A program made the position numbers and the translations under genes. From positions 1,984,001-2,048,000 of the forward strand of contig OZ240248.1 in NCBI GenBank assembly GCA_965198235.1: 64,000 bases of DNA, given 5' to 3'. This stretch comes from Candidatus Poribacteria bacterium (GTDB lineage Bacteria; Poribacteria; WGA-4E; WGA-3G). This document shows positions 10,091-20,934 of the stretch, piece by piece; within the stretch, counting starts at the first letter, position 1; every line of letters starts with the position of its first letter. The notes beneath the pieces are model-generated. The model was given only the letters and a program-made list of their open reading frames with translations, searched no databases and was not told the origin of the DNA.

Positions 10091-10522
10091 TCAAAAGAAC
10101 GTATCCTCTTTGATTCCCCAGATGGCAGGAGAGGTGATTTCTACACTGTTCTCCGATGGATCGCGAAAGTAGATGGACCTACCACCGTCCCAACAAATCT
10201 CTTTTTCAATCTCTATCCCTTGCGCCACAAGATGTTCCTTCCATTGGTCGATTTCATGGTCTCGTACAGCAAAGGCTATGTGCCCCTCCCCTCTCATCCC
10301 GTGTTCGGGCGCATCAAGGGGACCGTCTCCAGAATCAATCGTCGCTTCTGCATCGAAAAGTAGCACCAATCGATCGCCGCACCGGAGGAAAACATGACGC
10401 TCCGCCATTTTTGAATTCAGAGAAAGCCCCAAGATTTTTGTATAAAAGTGTTCAGCAGCAGCCAGATCTGTTACATATAGAGCAACTTCAAGAATCTCTG
10501 AAACTTTTAAGTTTGGAGTCAT
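10091..10522 (-). CDS. VOC/glyoxalase family protein
   Basis: EVALYVTDL..AEHFY...LGL, HIAF, SIYFRDPSEN.VE. Confidence 0.85.
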   Translation of the reverse strand: MTPNLKVSEILEVALYVTDLAAAEHFYTKILGLSLNSKMAERHVFLRCGDRLVLLFDAEATIDSGDGPLDAPEHGMRGEGHIAFAVRDHEIDQWKEHLVAQGIEIEKEICWDGGRSIYFRDPSENSVEITSPAIWGIKEDTFF

Positions 10523-10607
10523 AGGAACGTTCCTACTCAGGATTACATTATCAACGACAATGTATCCAGACGTAAGCTTGCAATTCGACTCAATCCACAA
10601 GGGCAAC

Positions 10608-11774
10608 TTAAGCCATTACACTCTCTATCCATGCCTCGTCAATTTCGAGACCGAAGCCGGGAGCATCCGATGGAGCAACATAGCCGTCTTTGATGACGGA
10701 AGTGCCGGGCAACTTGACCATCTCTTCAAGAGGCACACCGGGTGCAGAAACGCCTTCAGAGCGTTCACCCCACGTGATCGCAGGCATAGCAAACGCGAGG
10801 TGTTGACCATAGGGGTAGTTCATGCCGCCGTGCGTGATCACGGAGATGCCGTTTGCCTCTGCAATATGACAGATTTTGGCTGCAGCGGTAATGCCGCCAC
10901 ACCACAAAATATCTGGCTGGAAGATGTCGACCAACCGTCGTCCCGCCGCCTCCGCAAAGACGGTTGGCAGATACCAGTGTTCTCCCGTGGCGAGGGTTTG
11001 CCAAGGGAGGCGTTGACGCACCGTCTCATACCCAACAAAATCATCGGCACGGATATAGTCCTCCATCCACTTCAACCCGTAAGGCTTCATGGTTTCGCAG
11101 ACGCGCACCGTATGCTCTATGTCAAAACCGGTCCAAGCGTCCAACATTAAGTCAACCTCATCGCCGATCGCCTCCCGTGTCGTTGCTACCAATTCTTCAA
11201 GTTTCTGCAAGCCTTCTTTTCCTTGCTCAGGACCCCACGGTGTGAAGAGTTTTGTGGCTTTGAATCCGAGTTCCATATACCACTCCTGATCGAAGCCGGA
11301 GGCGTAGCAGAAAATCTTTTCTTTTTGCGGTCCGCCGAGTAGTTCGTAAACCGGTCGCCCCAAAATTTTGCCTTTGAGGTCCCACAAAGCACAATCAACC
11401 GCACTGATGGCGTAACTCGTCAAGCCGGTCGCGCCAAAGGCGGCTGACAATCGCACCATCATATCCCATATTTTCTCAGTCGCCATGCAATTTTCGCCAA
11501 CGAGAAAGGGCGCAAAGTGGTCTGAGATGATTCGGGTTACGGGACCGCCGTAAAGCGAGATGCCGAAGCCCCATGTTCCATCTTCTGCTGTTATAATGCA
11601 TGCCGGACGCTTCCATTCTGAATAGGAAACGTGTCCCTCTTTTCGATTGAATGACGGATAACGCGTAATGGGTCGATTCAATTGATATGTTCTGGATCGA
11701 CTCGGTGTACGTGGCGTTGTTGTCGGTTTTGGGTTTAGCTCGATTTCTACGACGCGGATTTCTTTAATTTTCAT
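10608..11774 (-). CDS. Enolase superfamily sugar-acid dehydratase (L-rhamnonate dehydratase-like)
   Basis: AISAVDCALWDL.GK, LMLD, WMED, TGEH, QPD, PGFG motifs. Confidence 0.8.
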   Translation of the reverse strand: MKIKEIRVVEIELNPKPTTTPRTPSRSRTYQLNRPITRYPSFNRKEGHVSYSEWKRPACIITAEDGTWGFGISLYGGPVTRIISDHFAPFLVGENCMATEKIWDMMVRLSAAFGATGLTSYAISAVDCALWDLKGKILGRPVYELLGGPQKEKIFCYASGFDQEWYMELGFKATKLFTPWGPEQGKEGLQKLEELVATTREAIGDEVDLMLDAWTGFDIEHTVRVCETMKPYGLKWMEDYIRADDFVGYETVRQRLPWQTLATGEHWYLPTVFAEAAGRRLVDIFQPDILWCGGITAAAKICHIAEANGISVITHGGMNYPYGQHLAFAMPAITWGERSEGVSAPGVPLEEMVKLPGTSVIKDGYVAPSDAPGFGLEIDEAWIESVMA

Positions 11775-11970
11775 AGAATCTCCTTTCTATACTGGATGAA
11801 GTTGCAGATACAGCAACTCTACTGATTATGGTGGCTTGACGAACCCAAACGGCCATAACCCTGAAATGTTCAAGTTTAATATACACCATCTTCAGAGAAA
11901 CGGCAACGGAGAAATTCGTGAGACAACAGATTTTGCTTGTATAATGATCTCCAAATAGGTTGAGAAAGGG

Positions 11971-12888
11971 TCAAATCTGTGAGGTGTATACGGATCGGAC
12001 ATCTTTGGACTGTCCTATCGAATTCCTGACCTGTTGGTAGGTACGCCCAATTTCAAAAACGAGAAGTCCGAACTGGAGTTTTTCTTCAATCGCAAGATCG
12101 TCTGTCTGATAGTGTTTCAAAACCATATCGATGATCTTCTTGGCTACCACACCATCGGGGGGCAAATCTGAATACATCTCTATAGCAAATTCGGATAGAT
12201 CTGCGGCAGGGTCGTGCATCACTGTATCAGCAAAATCGATAATAGCGAGTTGTTCAAGACTCCCCTGTACAAAAAACAGGTGGTTTATTTGGAGATCGCT
12301 GTGGATCACAGCCCATTTCTGATCTAAGGATTCTTGTAGACTTGCTAGCTTTTCATTCCATCGACTCGTATTGACTTCTGCTGTGTGTTTCTCAATAAAC
12401 GCGATCTGTTGCCTGGCCTCGCTAAGTGTCGCTGTAAAAGGATCATCTGCGCGTGGAATGTAGTCTAAGACCTCGTCCGGGAATTTGTGGCCATGCAGAA
12501 AGGAGAGGAAGGCTCCAAGAGATCTGCCAAAGGATTCTAACGCTCCAGGGGTAAATCCCTCAAGTGCTTCTATCGGTAGTGAAGCACCATCAATCCTTGA
12601 GAACATTGCGTAGAATCCTTGGTCGTGCACCATAATCGGTTTCGCTACAACGAAAGGCAACGACAATGCGTGCAGGTATGCTGTGAGTTTAGCCTCTTTT
12701 AGAAGTCCTGTTCGGTAGGCGTTGCGGGGAATTTTGAGAATGCTATCGTCACGGTAGTAGAAGGTAAGACTATCACCGCCCCGGTGGTGGTGAGATACAG
12801 GTTTCAGATCCTCAAGGGAGATATCAGTAGCGAATCTTTTAAGAAAATCGTATACGTTTTCGGCTTTAATCTCGGTTGTTTGATCCAT
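11971..12888 (-). CDS. Aminoglycoside phosphotransferase (APH)/choline kinase-like protein
   Basis: LKIP lysine, HSDLQINHL (HxDxxxxN variant), IIDFAD, DPAADL. Confidence 0.75.
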   Translation of the reverse strand: MDQTTEIKAENVYDFLKRFATDISLEDLKPVSHHHRGGDSLTFYYRDDSILKIPRNAYRTGLLKEAKLTAYLHALSLPFVVAKPIMVHDQGFYAMFSRIDGASLPIEALEGFTPGALESFGRSLGAFLSFLHGHKFPDEVLDYIPRADDPFTATLSEARQQIAFIEKHTAEVNTSRWNEKLASLQESLDQKWAVIHSDLQINHLFFVQGSLEQLAIIDFADTVMHDPAADLSEFAIEMYSDLPPDGVVAKKIIDMVLKHYQTDDLAIEEKLQFGLLVFEIGRTYQQVRNSIGQSKDVRSVYTSQI

Positions 12889-12938
12889 TACAATCCCTTT
12901 ACATCAAGCGAATCGAAAAAATCATCCACATCTGTCAA

Positions 12939-13862
12939 TTAGAGTTCAGCTGGCTTGATGTCGCCAAAGATTCGCTCCAACACCGTTCGGACTTCCTGAT
13001 GCTTTTCGTCCGTGTGTGAGACAGCGGGTGTTCGGAGTCGATGGTTCGGGTAAAGTCCGTGAAGATGGAGTGCCGATTTAATGCTCGGTAGCCACTCCAG
13101 TTTCGTTGCAGTCTTGAGCCAAGGTTCCTCATAACGAAACACGATCTCCTGTGCATCATCGTTTCGTCCTGTGGTCAGAGCCTTATAGAATTCCAACGCA
13201 ATGTCCGGTCGGAAGGGAGCGATCGTGCAGAGATACGCCGTTGAACCGATCGGGTAGCCGAACATGAAATTACGCATCTGTCCACCACTGACCACTGCAA
13301 AGTTTTCATCCGCAGTCGCGCGAATGATGTCATAGTAGGCATAGAACGGATGACCGTCGTTCTTGATGCCGACCACTTCCGTGCGTTTTGCTAACTCGGC
13401 AACGATGTCCACAGGGTAAGGGTCTTGCCATGCTCCCCAAACTAACAAAGGAATCGGTGCGGCATCCTGAATGCTATCGAAATAGCCAACAATGACCTCG
13501 CGCTTTACTCCTAATCCCGGATGAATCTGGACCTTGACCGCATCTACACCTGTGCTATCGCAGTGTTTCAAAAATTGTCGGCACTGCCCGGGGTGCCACC
13601 AGCCCGTTGAGGCGATGAACAGTGAACGACCTGATATTTCTTCTGCCAGTTCCGCAGTCAACTGCCAAATTTCTTCGTCTGTTAGGCTACAAAATTCGCT
13701 ACTGCCATACGTGAGGAGAATCACCGGAACGTTCTGCTCGCACAACCAGTTAACGTATTTCCGCATTGCGCTAATATCTAGCGAATCATCATCACCAAAG
13801 CAGGTATTCACCGGCACGACGGGACCTCTCAACTGTTCCACCACACGAATTGATCGCTCCAT
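12939..13862 (-). CDS. Dihydrodipicolinate synthase family aldolase
   Basis: GPVVPVNTCF, GSSEF.SLT.EE, VVGIK Schiff-base lysine. Confidence 0.8.
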   Translation of the reverse strand: MERSIRVVEQLRGPVVPVNTCFGDDDSLDISAMRKYVNWLCEQNVPVILLTYGSSEFCSLTDEEIWQLTAELAEEISGRSLFIASTGWWHPGQCRQFLKHCDSTGVDAVKVQIHPGLGVKREVIVGYFDSIQDAAPIPLLVWGAWQDPYPVDIVAELAKRTEVVGIKNDGHPFYAYYDIIRATADENFAVVSGGQMRNFMFGYPIGSTAYLCTIAPFRPDIALEFYKALTTGRNDDAQEIVFRYEEPWLKTATKLEWLPSIKSALHLHGLYPNHRLRTPAVSHTDEKHQEVRTVLERIFGDIKPAEL

Positions 13863-13882
13863 AAAGGCTTCCTCTCATTTAT

Positions 13883-14693
13883 CAAAAGTTTCCGAGACTA
13901 AAACCCAATGCTTTAGCTTTGGGATACAGTCTCGCCCTCGTGCATTAGACCGAGGCGTTATTCGTAAAAAAACCTTGATTTCGATGAGTGAATATGTTAT
14001 ACTATTTCTATCACGTTGGGCAGACATAATGAGCGTAACCGCAAGGTTACGTGTCTGCCTACCCACTCATTAGGGGTTAAAAGATGTGATACGTGAACTC
14101 TAATGCGAAACACGAAACATAAACTCTTCCACGATACATATTGACAATGCTGAATATCTGTGGCGTTGTGCGAAATCATTTCAATGCACTTGAGCGAAGG
14201 TATTACCGTAGATATGGTAAAAATCTTTCGTATGGTAAAATGTCTAAGCACTTGACGAGCTCAAGAAACTTCCGCAATACAAGCATTGGAATATTCCGTA
14301 TGCGTGGAGTCTTCAAAACGTTCTCAAACGCTAGTTTCAGAGAAATCAGAACGTTGGGTTCCTCAAAGACACCGAATTCCGTAATCTCGATATTGTGTCC
14401 TGATACCATGCGCCAAACGAGTTCACCAAGGATCGTTCCGTCTTCTTCCAACAAACGAACTGTCGCGATAGCCTTGCAGGTAATCATTGGAAACTTGCGA
14501 TAGACTTGTGTCGTTCTTTTGATATTCTGTTCTTTGAAGACCTGAACCTTCGGGGCATGAAAAAACTGTGGGGAAAACAGGTCTCCGACCTTGCCTTTGG
14601 CGAGGCACCAATCTAAAAAACGCATACGCGCTGTGCTGAAGATTGACAATACGACAAAGTGCTGTTGTGTTTGTGATTACCATATAAAAACCT
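13883..14693 (+). mobile_element. Degenerate copy of the IS200/IS605 TnpB element (left end intact, tnpB broken, right end lost)
   Basis: Follows TTAT; matches 44212-45438 apart from several small indels and replacement of 492 bp by 125 bp of foreign DNA. Confidence 0.92.
14103..14693 (+). pseudogene. tnpB: tnpB pseudogene with frameshifting deletions
   Basis: Same ATG context as 44432; indels of about -11, -2, -1, -8, -17, -9 and -1 bp; RuvC-I and RuvC-III regions missing. Confidence 0.9.
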
Positions 14694-14743
14694 CTTGCCG
14701 TAGCAAAAACCGCTGTGTTATATAGGACGTGAGATACTACTGT

Positions 14744-15277
14744 TTAACGACCTACCACTTCGGACCGCCGTCTAAAACCTTGAAAATCGGCACAATCGAT
14801 GGCTTGATAGAAGTCATCCGCCTCGCCCGTCGACAGCAAATCAAGTCTCGTCGTTGGCACAAGACCTTGGCAGACATCAATAAGTAGCCTACCCAATCCA
14901 AGCCGCCGGAATTCGCGGCTGACCAAGAGCTCGCACAAGTAGGTCGTAATCTGCGTGTCCGTGATTGCCCTTAGAAAACCCGCCAATTTCCCATCAATAT
15001 CCACAGCAACAAGAGTGGGCCATGAATTTTCCCAAGCGACCAACGTCTCCTTGGGCCTCAATTCAGGAGTTGTCCACCCTTCGGCATCCGAAAGGGCACG
15101 CATAACGTCAAAATAACTCGGCGACCAAGCTCGAATCGAAAAAGACGCAGGAATATCAAAACGAGCCAAGACCGTGTCGAGATCGGGCCTGCTACCCGGC
15201 GCATCGTGTTCCAAGTGACAGCAGGCTTCATAACGCTTCCCCGACGGATCGTCGATATGATTGAACGGATTTGGCAT
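14744..15277 (-). CDS. GNAT family N-acetyltransferase
   Basis: AGFLRAITD, YLCELLV..EFRRLGLGR, DFY. Confidence 0.8.
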   Translation of the reverse strand: MPNPFNHIDDPSGKRYEACCHLEHDAPGSRPDLDTVLARFDIPASFSIRAWSPSYFDVMRALSDAEGWTTPELRPKETLVAWENSWPTLVAVDIDGKLAGFLRAITDTQITTYLCELLVSREFRRLGLGRLLIDVCQGLVPTTRLDLLSTGEADDFYQAIDCADFQGFRRRSEVVGR

Positions 15278-15340
15278 CTCGACTCCTTTGGCATTTTTGA
15301 GACACCGCTCTGCTCTATGCAGAAGTTGCGCTGTAGGTAT

Positions 15341-16234
15341 TCACTGGTGTTCAAGCTTGCGATAGGCTTTCAACAACGCCTCTTGAACGTTTAAAAATTC
15401 AAGGTATCCCGGCGGTAGTGGATATTTTGCAACGTCAAACGGCTCAAATGGATTGTCAATTTTCTGCCTTGCAAAGGCATAAAGTGCTTTCTGTTCCCAT
15501 GTCGCCTCAGCTACCTGTCCAAACGGGGTGCCACAATCGTTTCGCCACAACTGAGGTTCAACCGCATCAACCATTGCCTGAATTGGTGAAACTCGCTTTC
15601 CAAACTTTGCGTTCAGAAAGCCAGCCAACCTCTCGGCTTGCGCGCGTGGCTGACGCATAATATCTTCGTAGCCGAGGAAAAGTCGGTGTTGTGCATCTTC
15701 TGTGTGTTGTAGGATTAGCGTTATTATATGCTGCCAACGCAGCAAATTCGTCGCGACAAAGGAGATATGGGCTTTCATATTGGATGGCATAATAAATTTC
15801 TGCCACGATACTGCTGCGTCAAAAGGATTGCGAACTGTGATTATGTAAATCGCATTGCCCCATATCTGTTTCCAAAACGGCAAAAAATGGCTGAGTGCTG
15901 GATCTTTCCAGAACCAGGGACCTCCTTTATGCATTTCAGCCATCAGTTCAACGGCTTTCTTTTTCGACGCAGGGTCAGCGGCTTTTTTCGCAATTCGCTG
16001 TTGGAAGTCGCTATCCCACCAAGTCGCTCCAGCATCAAAATCCCCTAATTCAGCAAGCAGGTCCCATAAGGGTAAAAACTCCCAATAACCCCTGGGAGCA
16101 TGTACATCGGCTTTATGCAACTTTTCGGGGGGACCCGCATAGGCACCCCACCTGTGCACCATCTCAGCAACGACAGATGTCCCACTACGTTCAACACCGA
16201 GCACAATAATGGGGAGACTTTTGGAGTTGATCAT
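15341..16234 (-). CDS. Sulfotransferase family protein
   Basis: IIVLGVERSGTS PAPS loop, WKDP, VRNP.....SW, YED. Confidence 0.85.
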   Translation of the reverse strand: MINSKSLPIIVLGVERSGTSVVAEMVHRWGAYAGPPEKLHKADVHAPRGYWEFLPLWDLLAELGDFDAGATWWDSDFQQRIAKKAADPASKKKAVELMAEMHKGGPWFWKDPALSHFLPFWKQIWGNAIYIITVRNPFDAAVSWQKFIMPSNMKAHISFVATNLLRWQHIITLILQHTEDAQHRLFLGYEDIMRQPRAQAERLAGFLNAKFGKRVSPIQAMVDAVEPQLWRNDCGTPFGQVAEATWEQKALYAFARQKIDNPFEPFDVAKYPLPPGYLEFLNVQEALLKAYRKLEHQ

Positions 16235-16280
16235 TCAAATGTTCCCAAGTCTTTAGCCAATGATACCGCTCTTTCTCGCT

Positions 16281-16301
16281 GGCGGGGTTTGGAACCCTGC
16301 C
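16281..16301. repeat. REP-like palindrome GGCGGGGTTTGGAACCCTGCC
   Basis: Imperfect palindrome matching copies at 36423, 36456 and 53807. Confidence 0.6.
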
Positions 16302-16510
16302 TATTTACATGAGTTGTGCGATTTTTCTTGCGCGAAACCATTTTTTACTGTATGATAAGGGTTTATGAAGATACTGTTTATCTTTTGGAATTGTGCTTGT
16401 TGAAAGTATAGCATCTTTCACTGTTTTTCTCTATCAAAAACTGTGTCTCTACTTTCCGCTACTGAAGGGGTGGAATGCAGCACAATGAACGGTACATAAG
16501 GAGATAAGAG

Positions 16511-17269
16511 GTGGAATACAGAGTAAGCATTATTATAATTTTAGCCGTTGCCGTGAGTCTTTGGTCTACAGGCGCGTTCGCAGTGGATCTGACGGAAGGA
16601 CTCGTCGGCTATTGGCCCCTTGATGGTAATGGTAACGACGAATCCGGCAACGGAAATGATGCCAAATTGGAAAAAGGCGCGAAATGGTCCGACAACGGTT
16701 GGGTGAACGGTGCCGTTGAATTCGACGGTGGTGGCGGACACGTCGTTGTTGATAATACGTTTGAATTGACAACGACCGCAATCACAGTGATCGCCCGAAT
16801 CAACGGCTGGAAAACGATAGATTGGTCGGGAATTGTCGTCGGTCGAAGTGATCCAGCATCGTGGTGGATGGGTATCGCCGCGAACAACACCCTGACGTAT
16901 GTATGGAACAACAACTCCGCACTGACGTGGAACTGGCAAGGCGCGCCAGAGATCCCAGAAAATAAATGGGCACTCGTGGCTATAGCGATTGAACCTGATA
17001 AAGCAACGAGTTACATTTATCACAGAGCGACTGATAAACTTGATGCTGAGGTAAACGACATTCCCCATATCGAACAGACGGTCGTCAACTTAAAGTTCGG
17101 ATGGGATGAATGCTGTGGTGCCAGATACTTCAAAGGGTTGATCGATGAAGTGATGATCTACGATAGGACACTGAGTGCCGACGACATCAAAAGGCTTGCA
17201 ACTGTCGGACTACCTGTCGAAAGTAAAGGGAAACTGGCGATCACCTGGGCAGCACTCAAGAAAGATTAA
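16511..17269 (+). CDS. Secreted LamG-like jellyroll protein with Poribacteria-type C-terminal tail
   Basis: Signal peptide, LVGYWPLD..GND.SGNGN, FKGLIDEVMIYDRTLS, terminal PVESKGKLAITWAALK. Confidence 0.85.
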   Translation: MEYRVSIIIILAVAVSLWSTGAFAVDLTEGLVGYWPLDGNGNDESGNGNDAKLEKGAKWSDNGWVNGAVEFDGGGGHVVVDNTFELTTTAITVIARINGWKTIDWSGIVVGRSDPASWWMGIAANNTLTYVWNNNSALTWNWQGAPEIPENKWALVAIAIEPDKATSYIYHRATDKLDAEVNDIPHIEQTVVNLKFGWDECCGARYFKGLIDEVMIYDRTLSADDIKRLATVGLPVESKGKLAITWAALKKD

Positions 17270-17389
17270 GCGTAATGTTGGAAACCGAACTGCCCTGTGT
17301 GGTTCAACACCTCTAAAATTTCCAATGGTTTTCGGTCAATTAATATACCATTCCTAACCTAAAGCAGGTTTCTTAACAGTCGGAAATCT

Positions 17390-17440
17390 GCAAGGACAAC
17401 GGACGCAGCAGCTCAGAAGCACATAGTTTAAAAATTGGAA
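17390..17440. repeat. Dispersed repeat, copy 2
   Basis: Identical 20-mer to 393-412, plus shared AAGCA...TTAAAAAT.GGA tail. Confidence 0.75.
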
Positions 17441-19177
17441 AAAGTACCTTTCAGGCAATATGCCGCACTCCTTTCACAGTACCTGAAACCGCAGTGGATG
17501 CGTGTGACACTGCTCGCTGTATTCATGTTTGGTGGAATCGGTCTCAGGCTACTCAACCCACAGATTCTGCGCTACTTCATTGACACAGCAAAAGCCGGAG
17601 GCGAAACGCGAAACCTGTTCATCGCTGGCGGTGCGTTTTTCACAATCGGATTCCTTGGACAGGTGCTAATGTTAGTCAACACCTATTTAGGGCAGGACAT
17701 TGGTTGGCGGGCAACAAACTGGATGCGCGGTGACCTGGCGCACCACTGTCTACAACTCGACATGTCTTTCCACCATGAACACACGCCCGGCGAGATGGTC
17801 GAGCGCGTTGACGGCGATACTGCCGCACTCTCAAACTTTTTTTCTGAGTTCATAGTTCAGGTAGCAGGTAGTTTGTTGCTGCTCGGCGGTGTCCTGATTG
17901 TGATTACCCTCGAAGACTGGCGTATCGGTATTGTGTTGACTGGTTTCGTGGCAATTTCCATCCTCGTTTACAATCTTACCCGGAACATTGCCGTTCCGCT
18001 CTACACGGCTGAGCGAGAAGGCTATTCCAGACTGTTCGGGTTTCTCGAAGAACGGTTAACAGGTATTGAAGACCTCCGCACAAACGGCGGCATCGGCTAT
18101 ACCATGGATCGGTTCTACGATGTTAATCGGGATGTATATGGTCGGGCTGTAAAAGCACATGTGATGGGAGAAGTACTCCAAACAATAAGCGGTGTGCTTT
18201 TCGCATTGGGGGTTGCACTGACGATGGGGATGGGTATTTACCTGTTTCAGATAGAGGCGTTTACGATCGGGACCGTCTACCTCGTCATTCATTACACGAT
18301 GATGCTTCGAGGTCCGTTGATCATGATTAGCCGTCAGATTAACGAACTCCAGCGGGCAACCGCGGGGTTCAAACGGATTGAAGAACTCTATCGCATCACC
18401 TCAAGCATTGCGGATGGAACAGAAGCACTTCCGGCATCAGGCGCGCTCGGCATTGAATTTGACAGGGTCACATTCGGATACACCGAAGATGAATCTGTGC
18501 TGAAGGATGTTTCGTTCCAACTGACCCCAGGGAAATCGCTTGGGTTGTTAGGACGGTCAGGTAGCGGTAAGACAACGATCACCCGTCTCCTATTTCGGTT
18601 ATACGAGATTAACAGCGGACAGATTCGCGTCGGTGGTAAGCCAATTGAGAGGATTCGGTTGGACGATTTACGGAACCGGATCGGTATGGTTACACAGGAT
18701 GTACAACTCTTCAATGCAACGGTGCGTGAGAATTTAACGCTCTTTGATACCGAAATCACCGACAATCGGATTCTGTCTATTATTGAAGATCTGGGGTTAT
18801 CTGGGTGGTATCAATCCCTACCGAATGGGCTTGATACATTGCTTGAAGGTACAGGGCTTTCTGCAGGTGAAAGGCAGCTGCTGGCATTTGCGAGGGTTTT
18901 CCTCAAAGATCCAAGAGTTGTTATCCTCGATGAGCCGTCTTCAAGACTTGACCCGGCGACGGAACAACGGATTGACAGCGCCGTGCAACGATTACTGAAA
19001 GGACGCACCAGTATCATCATTGCGCATCGACTTGGAACAGTTCAACAGGTAGACGAAATTATGGTCCTTGCCGACGGTGAGATTCGGGAGCATGGTGAGC
19101 GAAATCGGCTTGTTCAAGACCCTGATTCGGTCTTCTCACAATTGCTGAAAACAGGACTGGAGGAAACGGCGCAATGA
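17435..19177 (+). CDS. ABC exporter, fused permease/ATPase (subunit 1)
   Basis: Transmembrane N-terminal half, [27 protein letters not shown]. Confidence 0.92.
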   Translation: MEKVPFRQYAALLSQYLKPQWMRVTLLAVFMFGGIGLRLLNPQILRYFIDTAKAGGETRNLFIAGGAFFTIGFLGQVLMLVNTYLGQDIGWRATNWMRGDLAHHCLQLDMSFHHEHTPGEMVERVDGDTAALSNFFSEFIVQVAGSLLLLGGVLIVITLEDWRIGIVLTGFVAISILVYNLTRNIAVPLYTAEREGYSRLFGFLEERLTGIEDLRTNGGIGYTMDRFYDVNRDVYGRAVKAHVMGEVLQTISGVLFALGVALTMGMGIYLFQIEAFTIGTVYLVIHYTMMLRGPLIMISRQINELQRATAGFKRIEELYRITSSIADGTEALPASGALGIEFDRVTFGYTEDESVLKDVSFQLTPGKSLGLLGRSGSGKTTITRLLFRLYEINSGQIRVGGKPIERIRLDDLRNRIGMVTQDVQLFNATVRENLTLFDTEITDNRILSIIEDLGLSGWYQSLPNGLDTLLEGTGLSAGERQLLAFARVFLKDPRVVILDEPSSRLDPATEQRIDSAVQRLLKGRTSIIIAHRLGTVQQVDEIMVLADGEIREHGERNRLVQDPDSVFSQLLKTGLEETAQ

Positions 19178-20934
19178 CAACAGGACAAGCCTCAATTCGC
19201 CTTATCCGTTACCGTCCATTCCTCTTTCTCGGCACTATTCTCTTCCGAGGATTAGACGACCTAATGCCGTTCTTCGACGGACTTATTAGGAAGGCATTTT
19301 TTGATGCACTTGAGTCCTCCACTGACGGATCGGGTGCAGGACTCAATCCTTGGACATTCGTTGCCCTCTTTGTGGTCGCCCACCTTGCTGATCGAGGCGT
19401 ACTCATATCGTCAGCAGTCGTGTGGGCGCGCTGGCGTTACGCCATTTCAACGCTCCTCCGAAAGAACTTGATGACAGCCATCATGAACATGTCAGCACCA
19501 CATAGCGTGTCAACTGCCTCTGGCGAAGTGACAAACCGGCTCCGAGACGATGTTCAAGCGATTTTGAGTTATCTGGAGCAGTACATTCACTTATGGGGCA
19601 ATCTCATCTTCGCGATCTTGGCAGTCACCTGGATGGCTCAGATTGACGTGGCAGTGACAGTGATCGCGGTTATCCCGTCTATCCTGATTATCACGGTTGT
19701 CAATGTGTTAAGGCGATTCATCCAGAGGTATCGTACAGCGCAGCGTATCACCACGGAACAGTCGACTAACTTTATCAACGAACTGTTCCAATCCATCTTA
19801 GCAGTGAAGGTCGCACGAACGGAACTGAGTGTGGTTGCCCATTTTCAGAAGCTGAACGATGCGCGTCGCAAGGCGACTGTGGTGGATAACTTGTTCAATC
19901 AAGTGCTACAGTCCATCAGTTTCAATATCAATACCCTCGCCACTGGCGTGATTCTGATTTTGATTGCCGAACAGATGAAGGCAGGAGTATTCTCAGTTGG
20001 AGACTTTGCGCTCTTCACAACGTATGTCGGTGAAGTTGCCAGAAGTGGATCGCTCATCGGCAGTATAATGGCACAACACAAGCGAGCAGAGGTTTCGTAT
20101 TCCCGCATGGAACAGACTGTTGATGAGATGCCGGGGGAAGACTTAGTGGAACACACACCGGTATATCTGCGAGAGGTTCAACCGCCGCTCATTATCCCAC
20201 AACGGACAGAAACAGATCGGTTGGAAGAACTTACTGTTACAGGACTTACTTATCTCTACGATGGGGATGCAGCTGGAATCGCTGATGTTGATTTGAGAAT
20301 TCCGTCGGGATCGTTCACCGTTGTTACGGGACAGATCGGTTCAGGCAAAACGACGCTGATCCAAACGCTCTTGGGAGTCCTACCGAAACAGGCAGGCGAG
20401 ATTCGCTGGGATGGCAGAATCGTCGAGGATCCGAAATCGTTCTTCGTGCCGCCGCGTTGCGCGTATACACCGCAAACACCGAAACTCTTCAGCGAAAAAC
20501 TGAGTGCTAACATTCTCATGGGCTTGCCATGGGATTGGGATACCCTAAATCGGGCGATTCGACTCGGTGTCATGGAGCAGGATCTACCGACGCTTGAAGA
20601 TGGTCTCGAAACCGTCGTTGGACCGCGTGGAGTCAAATTGTCGGGTGGGCAAATGCAACGCACTGCGGCGGCGCGGATGTTTGTCCGAGACTCGGATTTG
20701 CTCGTTTTTGACGATCTTTCGTCCGGGCTTGATGTTGAGACAGAACAGACCCTATGGGAGCGCCTTTTTGAGACGACGCGGGCGACCTGCCTCGTCGTTT
20801 CCCACCGGAGACCCGCGCTCCGTCGGGCAGACCAGATTGTTGTGCTAAAAGACGGCCGCGTTGAAGCTGTCGGAACGTTGGATAAACTGCTCGCCTCTTC
20901 CAAAGAGATGCAGCGGTTGTGGGCAAGCGATTGA
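19174..20934 (+). CDS. ABC exporter, fused permease/ATPase (subunit 2, degenerate site)
   Basis: [20 protein letters not shown] (Walker B E-to-D), ATGA overlap with subunit 1, indicating a heterodimer. Confidence 0.92.
   Translation: MTTGQASIRLIRYRPFLFLGTILFRGLDDLMPFFDGLIRKAFFDALESSTDGSGAGLNPWTFVALFVVAHLADRGVLISSAVVWARWRYAISTLLRKNLMTAIMNMSAPHSVSTASGEVTNRLRDDVQAILSYLEQYIHLWGNLIFAILAVTWMAQIDVAVTVIAVIPSILIITVVNVLRRFIQRYRTAQRITTEQSTNFINELFQSILAVKVARTELSVVAHFQKLNDARRKATVVDNLFNQVLQSISFNINTLATGVILILIAEQMKAGVFSVGDFALFTTYVGEVARSGSLIGSIMAQHKRAEVSYSRMEQTVDEMPGEDLVEHTPVYLREVQPPLIIPQRTETDRLEELTVTGLTYLYDGDAAGIADVDLRIPSGSFTVVTGQIGSGKTTLIQTLLGVLPKQAGEIRWDGRIVEDPKSFFVPPRCAYTPQTPKLFSEKLSANILMGLPWDWDTLNRAIRLGVMEQDLPTLEDGLETVVGPRGVKLSGGQMQRTAAARMFVRDSDLLVFDDLSSGLDVETEQTLWERLFETTRATCLVVSHRRPALRRADQIVVLKDGRVEAVGTLDKLLASSKEMQRLWASD

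Noticed and set aside
14694-14743. attC-like half site (ATATAAC on the minus strand after the GNAT stop)
   Set aside because: No complementary GTTRRRY arm survives, no other attC was seen between array genes, and there is no integrase.
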